A DNA stretch of 64,000 nt from Paecilomyces variotii (Eukaryota), in assembly GCA_004022145.1 (NCBI GenBank), contig RCNU01000004.1; one strand, given 5' to 3'. The notes below the pieces were generated by a model, which searched no databases, was not told where the DNA came from, and was given only the letters and a program-made list of their open reading frames with translations. The position numbers and the translations under genes are program-made. Shown here in pieces: positions 15,317-26,108 of the stretch. Each line of letters begins with the position of its first letter. Position 1 is the first letter of the stretch.

Positions 15317-15982
15317 TTACGCATTTGACACCGTTTTCGACGGAACACCTCCCCTCCTCCCCAGAAAAACGAATAACTTCCCCATCTCTGGCCTTTCTTC
15401 TCTCCCAATAGCCTGCACGCCAAGCGTATCTCCATAGAATCTTTCATTCTTGCCTTCTTCTGCCACCAGCATCACTCTCCTCATATACGGCATATTGCTC
15501 CCGGATAGAGTCTCTGCAATGCAGTCGATGAGCCAGGAACCCAGTCCGCAGGACTGATACGCAGGTAGGATATAGACGTCCGCCAAATAGGCAAACGTGA
15601 TGGTATCGGTGATGAGACGAGCAAACCCCACTTGTTCAACGGATTCGGTATCTATAGATAGATTTTCGCCGCTTAGCTGGGAATTATTCCGACTTGCATC
15701 ACTCTCTTCGATGTCGACTTTATGTTCGTTATCTCGCAGGCGCGAGGGACGTTTGTAAACTCCAAAGCAGAGTGACCCCGCTAAGATCTGTTTCAGGACT
15801 TCTTCGGGGAAGGGTTTCGCCCAGTAGAGAAACTCCATGGAGAAGGCATCATTAATTGCCTTTGCTGATAGGAATTTTGGATCTGTTGAGATGAAGAAGT
15901 CATTGTCATTCACCTCTTGAGAGTTTGTCTCATGTTTTCTTCTCCATGTGCGGGGCGGGACGAGGGAAGAAGGTGGGAGCAT
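15317..15982 (-). CDS. GNAT family N-acetyltransferase (intronless)
   Basis: FISTDP...QVGFARLITDTITFAYLADVYILPAYQSCGLGSWL, including the acetyl-CoA binding Q/RxxGxG motif. Confidence 0.88.
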   Translation of the reverse strand: MLPPSSLVPPRTWRRKHETNSQEVNDNDFFISTDPKFLSAKAINDAFSMEFLYWAKPFPEEVLKQILAGSLCFGVYKRPSRLRDNEHKVDIEESDASRNNSQLSGENLSIDTESVEQVGFARLITDTITFAYLADVYILPAYQSCGLGSWLIDCIAETLSGSNMPYMRRVMLVAEEGKNERFYGDTLGVQAIGREERPEMGKLFVFLGRRGGVPSKTVSNA

Positions 15983-16347
15983 CGTTCTCGGTTATAATGG
16001 CTGCAAAATGTCTGCTCGCGACGGACGGTTTCTGAAATAGGTTTATTTGCAGTATATGAGTTGAATGTAAGGTTGGTTTGTATTGTTGAGTCTCATAGCA
16101 CTGCGCGGGCGGGGCTATAAAAGGTTACTGGAGGTGCCAGCTCAGCGTGCGCTACTATTCGATTATTCTGTGGAACATGGGCAAGATGTCCCACGATGCT
16201 CAAGGCTGGTATTATTTGCAGTTTACAGAAAGGAGCATTCTTGTGTTCATTACGCATTAAGTGGTATTGATACTGACTGACATGCAGACTTAAGAACCGA
16301 CAGGACAACCCGGATATAGACATAATAACAGCCTCAAAAGAGGCTTT

Positions 16348-17334
16348 TCAATTTCCGCCTTGCTTCGTAAGGACTCCAGTTGGTGCCAGATCAAGCTCCA
16401 CAGGACCGAAATACTCTTTGAAGGCATCCGATAGTGTCTCTTCAGTCAAGTGCATATGCTCGCCCGGAAGAGTCTTGAACTCCAGCTTCCCCTCCTCGTC
16501 CAACACCTTCAATCCTAGCCAATCTTCTTTATACAACTCTCTTTCCTTCAATGGTGTGACCTCCCCAGAAGTCATGTTGACTTCGGCGAACCAGGCGCTC
16601 TCCTTCGGAACAGCAGTCTGATCGTTCTCGAACATGAACATTGCAAACCGATTCAGCGACATCAGATTCTTCTTGTAGGTCACGTTCTTCAGGGCACGCT
16701 CGTTGTTCACGTCTGCCAGAAAGTTGCTATGCTCTAGGTACAAATCCAGCTCCGCTGGGTCACGGAAGTATTGTGCAGGCACCAGGCGCGACTGAACGAA
16801 ATCTGTCCACGTTCCGGACCGCAACAGAGCCTCCGCACCGCGGCAAACCCAATCGCCAGCACTGGCGCATGATTGGAACTTCGAGATGCCGTTGTGCTGG
16901 CTCCCAAAGGTGACAAGGTTGCGGACCGGCGGGAAGTTACAACGTTCGACGTAGGCGCGCAGGAACTGTCCACCTTGGGAGAATCCCATGGCGTTGATAG
17001 CGGGTGCAGTGCTCAAGATCGGCTCTGATGCCAACTGCGCGCAGACATCCTCTACCTGCTCAGTGAGGTTGCCAAAGAAGGTTGCCTGGCGGTCCGCGGA
17101 AGCAGAGTCCGCCAACTTGATGATATGCACGTAGGTCCCCGGGTTAACCTCTTCAGCCAGGGCAGCGACCTCGCGAAGCCCTTCGCGAGCATAGTCATCA
17201 CCTAGGCCGTGCCATATCACCAACGGGAGAGGCGTAAGCTCCTTCTCTGCGGGACGAAAAGACACAGACGTCGGAAGTGCGGCGGAGATGGCGGATAGCA
17301 CAAGCGACCCGACCGTGAAAGGTAAGACAAGCAT
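16348..17334 (-). CDS. ppt1: Palmitoyl-protein thioesterase 1 (secreted/vacuolar)
   Basis: Signal peptide; PLVIWHGLGD, nucleophile motif GFSQGGQFLRAY, VPAQYFRDP, FLADVNNE, VPKESAWF, GEHM. Confidence 0.92.
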   Translation of the reverse strand: MLVLPFTVGSLVLSAISAALPTSVSFRPAEKELTPLPLVIWHGLGDDYAREGLREVAALAEEVNPGTYVHIIKLADSASADRQATFFGNLTEQVEDVCAQLASEPILSTAPAINAMGFSQGGQFLRAYVERCNFPPVRNLVTFGSQHNGISKFQSCASAGDWVCRGAEALLRSGTWTDFVQSRLVPAQYFRDPAELDLYLEHSNFLADVNNERALKNVTYKKNLMSLNRFAMFMFENDQTAVPKESAWFAEVNMTSGEVTPLKERELYKEDWLGLKVLDEEGKLEFKTLPGEHMHLTEETLSDAFKEYFGPVELDLAPTGVLTKQGGN

Positions 17335-17984
17335 CGTTCCTCAGTATCTCCCAAATAATAGTTAGTCCCTATTTATCGTCAGCTCCTTTTGATATTTGAT
17401 AAAGCAGCAGCTGGGACTGCTCGGAGACGTGGGCTTGTTGATGGAGCAGACGGATGCAGGTTGGGGATGTGATCGCCGTTCTTGGCATCGGCAGTTCAGA
17501 TCCACATCGGATCGACATCCGTCATGGGAAACATGACGCTCTTTGATGAAGAACATTGATAATTGATAGCCAAGATCCCCTCCCTCCTCGCTTCATTGCT
17601 CCGGTATGATAACCTGACGGGCAGTGTTACTCCCTATCGCAACTTCCCCTCTGACTTTGGCTTTGCGGGCAAGGGAGTCTATCTCGGATATGCCGGGGTA
17701 TGTACAAGAGCGATATTAGCTGCCAACTGCGGAGCAGCGGTATCACGATAGTTCGATGCAGACAACCCCTGCTCGTCTTATGTAGATAGCCACGGCCGCG
17801 AGCTTTCTATGAGCTCAAGTACATTCAGGATCCGCGCTGTCTGTCGATTCTGACGCGATTACTTGATTATTGACCAATGCTTTCAGATGACGCGTCAGTT
17901 AGACTCTCTGCTAACTGTCGTGCCGCTCGTCTTCAGCTACCCAAGAGTTTGGGCTTCTACTGATCCGAAAGCTGCTCAACAAAG

Positions 17985-20412
17985 ATGCAAAACCGATCAG
18001 GTTCGAGTACAGCTTTAGACGTTGGAAACAAAGAGCGTCATTCGTCGCCATGGGCACGATTCAAGAGTCATTTTCGAATGAGGCCACCCGACGATGATGA
18101 GCCACAGTACGACGCAGATGTCAAAACGCTTCATCATAGATCTGGCTGACAGCCTTCAGGGACTGGTGGATTGCATCAACGGCAATCCCTCTTGTAGCTG
18201 CAGCTGCTGGGCCTCTAGCCAACGTTATGTCTATCAATGCGCTGGTGAACCCGCTACGAAATCACATATTACCAAACGCCAGCGGCCCGGACGATCCGTT
18301 AGAGCAAGTAGGCATTCACGATCCGCACTGGTGAGTTTCCATTCATGTCGGAGAATAATTTTGAATATATAAGGTTAAATCTCGCACAGGTGCATTGCAC
18401 TCAATGCCACTTCGTTGGCCTGTGGAGCCGCTGGCAACATATTTCTCTTGTTTACATTCACTCGAACTGTCCGATACATAGTGGGCGTGCCTCTTTCGAT
18501 CATTTTATGGCTCGTAGCAACAGGACTAGTGAGTTGCAAGCTCTCTATAATCATTTCACCATGACTGTTCTGACAGTCACCCTCAAAGCTGGTCGGAATC
18601 ACCGCTGCAGTTGACCTATACATACCTCCCATTCCACCACATCAAATCTACTCCCAGGGTTACTGGAGTGCTGTGATCGCAGCAATACTCTACTTCATTC
18701 TATGTCTTATCTTGATGATTAACATGCTGGGGTACTTCCTTGGCCATTACCCGCAGCGCTTTGCATTGACAGATGAACAACGAACCTTGATCCTGCAGAC
18801 TATGGCATTTTTGATTTGGTTGCTTATTGGTGCCGCTGTATTCCAGAGGGTAATGGGCATATCTTTTGCAAATGCTTTGTATTTTTCGGATGTCACGGTT
18901 CTCACGTTAGGCTTTGGTGATATAATCCCACCGAATGTTGTGAGCAGAGGTCTAATATTCCCCTATGCCGTGTTAGGAATAATCATCCTGGGTCTAGTGG
19001 TGGGAAGTATACGTGAATTTGCGGGGGAAATGAGTTACAATAATGTGGTGAAAGCTCATTTGCAACGACGGCGGGAAGCAGCTGTCGCGCGATCCGTGAC
19101 AATCGAACGGGGAGACAGTGACGGAGATGTCGAGGACGGAGTTCCTCGGTCAGCCATATCGCGCAGGGAGAGCATCAGATCTGGCCGCGCGAAATCAGGC
19201 AGGAGCTACAGGAAGAGGCTCAAGAGGAAACCTATACGCAGCGCTATCAGTGCCCTCGGCCGTGCTGCGGTAAACCGTCCGAAAGTACTTATCATGAGGG
19301 AAGAGAAAGACCGGTTTGATGCAATGCGTGCCATCCAATCCGAGACCATACGATTCCACCGCTGGTTCACTCTGTCTATGAGTATACTCGCCTTCGCAAT
19401 TGTCTGGACCGGCGGAGCAGCCGTATTCTGGGCTCTGGAATCACTCGACTATTTCAGTGCGCTATACTTCGGATTCTGTTCTCTCCTGACTATCGGTTAT
19501 GGAGACATCACGCCGAAATCCAACCCCGGAAGACCCTTTTTTATCGTGTGGTCCTTGATCGCCGTTCCAACCATGACAATTCTCATCTCAGAAATGAGTG
19601 ACACTATAGTTGCCGGTTTCAAACAAGCAACCAATGATTTCGGAGAATGGACAATCCTACCACAGGTAGACAGATACAGAAAATTCTTCGGTAAATTCCC
19701 CGGTCTCCGAAAGATCCTGCGCAGCAGTGAAGAGAAAAGACGTGTATCGCGCGGATTCCAGGTTGGTCTCGACGTCGAGCTTGACTCGGACGGCAACCCC
19801 GTCGCGGACCGTCCAACACCCACGATCGAAGAGCTGGCTCGATCTCCAGGGAATTCTAATCGAGCACTTGCGCGAGACCTCGCCTTCGCTATCCGTAGGG
19901 TTGCCGACGATTTCGGCTCCGGAGGAACAAAGCAGTACAGCTACGAAGAATGGGTTGAGTTTACGCGACTCATCCGCTTTACGGAAATTGTTCCTCCCGG
20001 AGTGGAGGGCCTTGAGAAGAATGAATACCTCTACGGCATCGTGGACTGGGATTGGATTGGAGAGACCAGCCCGATGTTGGCGGAACAGACAGAACCGGAG
20101 TGGGTTCTCGACCGGCTCTGCGAGAGCCTGATACGCTATCTAGATATGGATAATACAGCAGAAGAAGAAGAGAAAGAAGAAGCACCAGTGTTGAAGAAAG
20201 AGAGAGATCTTGGCTCCCAAGACGGTTCAGACCAGGATCGGCACGCCGACGAGCCCCAGCCATGGTCGGATTCCACCGCTCGTGGACCTGGAAACGACGG
20301 CTTCTCACATCCTCCTGTTGGTAGGGACTGGACTTCGAGTGGCCAGTCTGGACGAGGGCGCTCTGGTGATGGTGGAAGAACGTCTTCTGAAAACCGAAGG
20401 GATAGCGCATGA
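17985..20412 (+). CDS. TOK1-like two-pore outward-rectifying potassium channel (3 introns near the 5' end)
   Basis: Two pore loops, TLGFGD and TIGYGD; upstream exons splice to DDDEPQ-DWWIASTAIPLVAAAAGPLANVMSI, typical of fungal TOK channels; start ATG 17985 is inferred. Confidence 0.88.
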
Positions 20413-20617
20413 AATAGTTTATCTGTTTCTTGCTGTATATTACCAATGACCATCAATCACTATCAGTGACTGCTCAGCATGTCCTGGAACTGGTCTTCGT
20501 TGTATATATGTATATACATATTAGTCTTCGTTAACGATTAAATTAAGTTACATATACCAGATTCCAAGTATATAAGGAAATGCAACGGCCCCCCCCCCCC
20601 CTACAAAACGGGCACAA

Positions 20618-22713
20618 TTAGCGTCGAAACGGTTTCTTGAAGACAGGCACTTTCTCGACATTTTCGGCATGTATATTCTCGAATCTAGCAGAGCTATCAT
20701 CCTGGCACTGGGGTTCCTGCTGCGAAGCGGACAAAAGTCCAGGCGAAAATGGACTCCATCTCGGTACGGACGATGTATTTGGTTGAGTTTGCAGCACGGA
20801 TAATCGATCTGTAGAACACGATCGTGCATTAATCCCGCTGCTATGAAGGAGGAACTGGGGAGATGCGGTTTTCTCATTCCTTATATGGGTCACTGGAGAT
20901 CCTGCATTTGTATCTGTATTTGTATCTGCGAAGATGTACGACGGTAGGCCTTCACCGGACGAAGATTGGTCCCATTGTTTGTTCCCTGATATTGTGGCAT
21001 TGTCTATAAGGGAATGCGGTGTCGCTTCTCGCTGATGGTGGTTGTTTTCAGATGAGAATCTGTTGTTAATCCAAGTATCTTTATGCGGATCTGTCGGTCT
21101 GTGTTTGCGAAGAAATGTATTTGGCAGCGGGATAGCCATGGGGCTTGTAGCGAGTTCTCTATGGCTGTGGTTTCTTAGCTCGTTCGATCTGTAATCGTAG
21201 AGATTCTGGCGAATGTTTTGATCCGATGGTGGAAACCGACCATACAGGTCGCTGGAGGATACTACTGCTGGGCGCGTGCGGTTTTCTTCGATTTGGTCAT
21301 CTTGGGGAGACTGTCCAAAGAACTTCACTGGAGAGTGAGAATGGTCTGCCGATTCCGGTGAAACCCGTCCTGTCCCCAGTGGTCTGAAGATTTTGTGCTT
21401 TACTGCAGGAAGTCTACCGGACTGCTGATTGCTGGAAAAGGACAGTCGATCCGTCACTGACAGCCTTGTCTGCCTGTCATCTGAGATCTGACTGGGGAGA
21501 AATGGAGAGAACAGGTTGCTTCTGTCCCTGGAGATGCTACTTTGTCTGTCATCATTCCGCAGAAGCGATGAGATGTTCAATCTCCCTTCTCTTTCTGCAA
21601 GAACTTGGTCATCGATGGTGAATCGATTACAGACTGGACGGCCAGTCGCCCGTGACACGCAGGGAGAGTTTTGTGTCGAAGCAGTATCCGCCGGCTCAGA
21701 AGCGACGGAGGAATAGCCATCACTTTCATAGCCATTCTCACTCACGAGCTTCCTTGAAGAAGTATACTTTGAATAAATATCGTCTGATATAGAGTGCCGC
21801 TGATGGTTTTGAGCAGAGCTTGGCGTATACTTGGTCCCATCCATCTCATGGTCAGCGCTACCAAGAAGCAGTGAAGATTGGTCTGCGGCACGATATTGCT
21901 GGGTTCGCCTCCTTGATCTTTCTCTGGCCTTCACTATACTCGAAGGAATATGCCTTTCTTCTCTGTCCAAGAGCATAGATTCTGAGGACTGCTGGCTATG
22001 CTGTAATTTTGCCGCCGTTGACAAGGGAGCCGTATCTGGCCGGTAATCCCTGATCGTTATATTTATATCTCTAGGGGTGCCAGTCTTATTCCCTTCGTGG
22101 TCAAGTTTCCTCCGTTTTCTGGTATAGAACTCTGGCGATATGACTCTTTGGGCTGGGGCTTTCTGACGCTTGCGATCATCATCTGTTATCTTCCTTCTCC
22201 TGCCCACCTTCTCTCTTTCTTCAGCAGAGACGTAGGACATTTTTAGCGGACGAGTGACTGAGACTGTAACCCAGTCATTCTTTTGCAGCAACTTTTGCTT
22301 GAGAATATCCAATCGAGAAGAGCTGGCGGGGTGCTCTGTCGTGATCTTGTCAAGGTAAGCCATGAATAAGACGTCTGATAATTAAACCATCCACTTACGT
22401 TTCCATCTGTGCCCTTCCGCGTCTGTGAGTCTCCCGAGCGACCAGGTTCTTCTGAAGAATTGGCTCGACGTTGGGATATATATCTGCTGTCAGACTCCCT
22501 GGAGCATGGCACGTGAGAATGCTCCTGGTCTCCTTTCCCAGTCGCTGGAAGCTGGTTCCAGGCAGGCAGTGAACTGAACGGGGTATTATCCTGTTGATGA
22601 GATTCCTTCTGGACTTTTAATCTGGCTTTCGCAAAGTGCTGCTTTTGTCTTCTGGAGCGTGATCCAGGTTTATTGTGCGAGTGCCGTTGAAGTCGGCCAC
22701 CAGTCCAATTCAT
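20618..22713 (-). CDS. Largely disordered ~680-aa protein with a HEIP1/REDIC1(C12orf40)-like N-terminal motif (intron 22346-22398)
   Basis: Exon 1 begins MNWTGGRLQRHSHNKPGSRSRRQKQHFAKARLK; the intron GTAAGT...ACAAG joins in frame to the 581-aa ORF (KQKLLQKNDWV...). The gene is well supported; the family assignment rests on motif recall. Confidence 0.7.
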
Positions 22714-23609
22714 CGGAGGAGAGTGGTTTAGTCTGTCAGTCGAGCAACGGTTTATTGACAGATAGAGATGGAAAGATCAGTATAACAAGAGGTCGGGTAA
22801 AGAAGGATAAATTTCAACGTGTGGTTACTGTTCCTGATAGAACGAACGCCATGTGACGCGGAGATAAGTCAGGGGATCTTCTCCGGAGAACATGATGCTA
22901 GCCCTACGAGTACCGCTGATTCTTTTCTGTGTGCCAGCTTCTCATTTTTACAGATCATGACTCTCGTGAAGGCGCAGAATATAAATTTCTTCAAGTAGCT
23001 TTGACAGGGATATCACTACCAAATATCCCCGGTCGTTCTTATTCGAGGCGGAAAGGAATAGTTATATATATGGGGCCGGACAGCAGACATCACCAAGCTT
23101 AGTAAGCCTAGCTAGATGCACATGAATCCACAAGCTTACCACGGCATTGAAATGTTGAAGCTTTTCCAGACCCAATTTCTTCACTGTCGCCATCTACCTA
23201 CTCGTACTGTAACTATATCGATTCCATTCCATGGAGCTAACTTAGCTTCTGTGGTCGGGTCTCGGACATAGGTACTGCCGCTTCCGAGGTTAAAGCACAC
23301 AAAATTTCGCCCTCAGAACTTTTCCTACTCTATCGGTCGCACAAAAAGATGGGCAATGATTCCATTGAATTGTGTCGCCACAATATTTTACCTCTCAGCA
23401 CTTGGCAGTGACGATGATGATATGTGTACAATTGACATGATGAGGATGATCAGTTAATACTATTTCTGTCATGACGATCATGACGATGATGATGATGATG
23501 CTAGAGATATTGGATGGCAGCCAGTGCCCAACTGTCCTGTAGGTGAGTTGATTGCTAATTTCCGCCGATTACTTTGCCTTCCACTTGCAGAAGAACAAGT
23601 CTTCTCTCA

Positions 23610-23698
23610 ATGATGATCACCATATTCATAAGCATAGTTCACCTGAGGTCTTCGGATCGCTGAACGACAAACATATACCATCTTTCGCTCCTATCTGA
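23610..23698 (+). ncRNA. snR60: Box C/D snoRNA, snR60/U80 (SNORD80) homolog guiding two LSU rRNA 2'-O-methylations
   Basis: Box C ATGATGA 23610-16, D' CTGA 23643-46, UUCG hairpin GGTC-TTCG-GATC, box D CTGA 23695-98. The D' guide GCATAGTTCAC is complementary to conserved LSU GUGAACUAUGC (+5 rule gives the yeast Am817 equivalent). The D guide TCTTTCGCTCCTAT pairs with AUAGGGGCGAAAGA with one G.U (Gm908 equivalent). This is the snR60 target pair; rRNA sequences are from recall. Confidence 0.88.
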
Positions 23699-26108
23699 AA
23701 ACACCTGTTCCCTTTGCCTGGCAGCCTTTGTTTCTTTTAGCGCGACGTGACGCTGACCACCTGTAGATCCTAGTCTCGATAGTGTCCTTTCCCAGCAGTC
23801 TGCTTCATCTAGCGGCTCTGCGAGGTGCGCAGTGCCGAGTTGGGGACGGCGACTGCATTGCTGCCCGACAGTCCCATGACTTGTCCATCCTGTCCCCTTC
23901 GCGGTCTGAAGGCCCGAAATCAGTCGTAGCCGCCGTCGTTCGCTTATGTTCGACTTGAATAGATAAATCAATTCATCTTCCCGCGCAGTCCCCCTTTTTC
24001 TTTTTGCTCTCATCCCATCTGCCTGTGTCCTCACTCACTCTCTCTTTTGGTCGGAAATTACCGCCCAAGGCTGACGGTTTTCCGTAGAGGGTCCGAGTGG
24101 GACGAGCCAATACCCATATTATTATTCTCGTAACCCGTGTCTCATGCTCTCCCCCCTCCTTCTTTGCCGGTAGGATTGCAATTGCTCTGCAGCAGACACA
24201 CCCGGCAAGTCCATGTATGGTTGGCTCGTATGACTGCCGGAGGGTGTGACTCTGGGCCAGTTGTACAGGCGCAGGACCGCCTCGTAGCACTGTTTTGTGG
24301 CAGGAGAAGGCCTGTGGTCCAATCGTCCGGGCAGAGCGAGGGCGATGATGTACTGACTGGATGCACGAGAGACGCCCGGCCTTGATTTGCAGGGATTTGT
24401 GTGATTTCGCGCTCACCGCTGGCCAGAGGCTGACATCAGGCTGCATACAAATGCCACGTCAAGCCGCGGGCGATTGGCAGACAAGGCGTGATTTCTGCAG
24501 CGGAATCACACCCTGCGCAAGTCCGGTTCACGCCCGGCTCGCACCGTCTCCCGAGGCCCCACGCGGTGATTGCCCGCACCGTAACAGAAGGCCCGCTGCC
24601 CATGCTGGTTAAAGACCCGGCGTCTCCCCCTTTTGCTGCATCCCCCATTCTGCTTCCTCTTTTTCTCATCTCAGACTCTGAATCAGAAACACCACTACTG
24701 ACTATACTACTGCTTCCATCCCATACTTTGAAGAAAAATTCACTCTGAGCTTACCCTCACAACACAAATTCTCCTGCTTCTGCATTAAGGTCTTGTTGTG
24801 CATGCTTCCAGATCTACTACTCCTCACTACTCAACAACAAACCCACCTGCAACCCGTGGATCTGCTACCACCTCCCTGGCTCCACAAAGATCCCATTGGA
24901 ATCCAATCCATTTCCGTTTCCTGGACAGGCCCTGCTTTTGCTGTTCTTTTGAAGGACCCATTCTGAGTTGCCCTTTGAAGGGCTGCATCATTGCTCTCCA
25001 GGCTTAGTTCTGATCAAGTGACAGATAACAACAGGTAGTCCCCTCACATTTTTCTTTGCGTTCTTCCCCTTGCTTTTGTTGCTTTTTGGACCGGGACCTG
25101 TTTCCGTAACCATGTAACCTGGATCATGTGCAAACCGCACAGGAACCTCGGATGATACACTCTCTGGACCTGTTCTCGACTCGTCGCCAGTGCTGCTGGC
25201 ACGGTCATACATGATGATGATGATGAAACCCCAAGGGACTTCTGGACTCCATGACAGCCGTCAGGAGAATATGGATACTCGAGTGCATAATGCTGCAAAC
25301 TCGAAGCTCACTGTTGACACCGTGTGGAACCTTGCCAATGGAATACTCACTCCAAGCCTGGAGTCGGGATCTGGATTTGACTTTTGACTTTTGTATGGAC
25401 CACGAGGACGAACCCAAGGCCCTTAACTCACGTGGACTTCTTTTTTTCTATCTGGACCGGATGACCCTTCCTGTGCTTAAACAACAACAATGGACCAATG
25501 GACCCAATCTTCGGATTACCTGGACTTGCTATTGATTTCGTGTGATGACCTTTGTTTGCTACATTTTTGAACCCCCATGGACTCGGGATCGACTCGTAGC
25601 GATGTTCATTAGGACTGGAACCAGCCTTTTTATGATGACCAGCTATCTTACACTGGACCTCCAAAGCCGCTAGTGATGCGGACAGTTATTTATGACAGCC
25701 TCTACTGGACCAAAGGATTTCTGACACGTTGCTGACAAGTCGCAATGGCTGCATGGCAAAGCTTGCGACGTTGACGAGGCCTTGAGAGGAGTAAAACTAC
25801 GGATCGCCCCGGTGATAGGACATACTGCACTACACCCAACAAAGGACCCCAACTCCATTGGAAGCTATATCTAGGACCCTACAGGAAACTTTGCCACTTG
25901 GCCACCTTGGATGATCATGCATGATGACAATAAACTGGTTGGTAAATGAACTACCGTAAACATGACTTGAGATATAAAACTGACCCGGGGCACAGGACGC
26001 CACGATACTTGGACTCTCTCGGGACTTACTTTTCTTTTACATGCCTTGCACAGCTTCGGGTAACTGACTTGTCTCGTTTTATGTAGTGATTATTTCTGTC
26101 AATTTGGC

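Noticed and set aside
23405-23500. Multiple ATGATGA box C-like motifs
   Set aside because: Part of a degenerate (GAT)n microsatellite with no matching D box.
25632-25724. Possible second C/D snoRNA (ATGATGA...CTGA, ~93 nt), and another box pair at 25921-25983
   Set aside because: I could not match a convincing guide to a known rRNA methylation site, internal boxes are unclear, and ATGATGA is common in this region. snoscan or cmscan would be needed.
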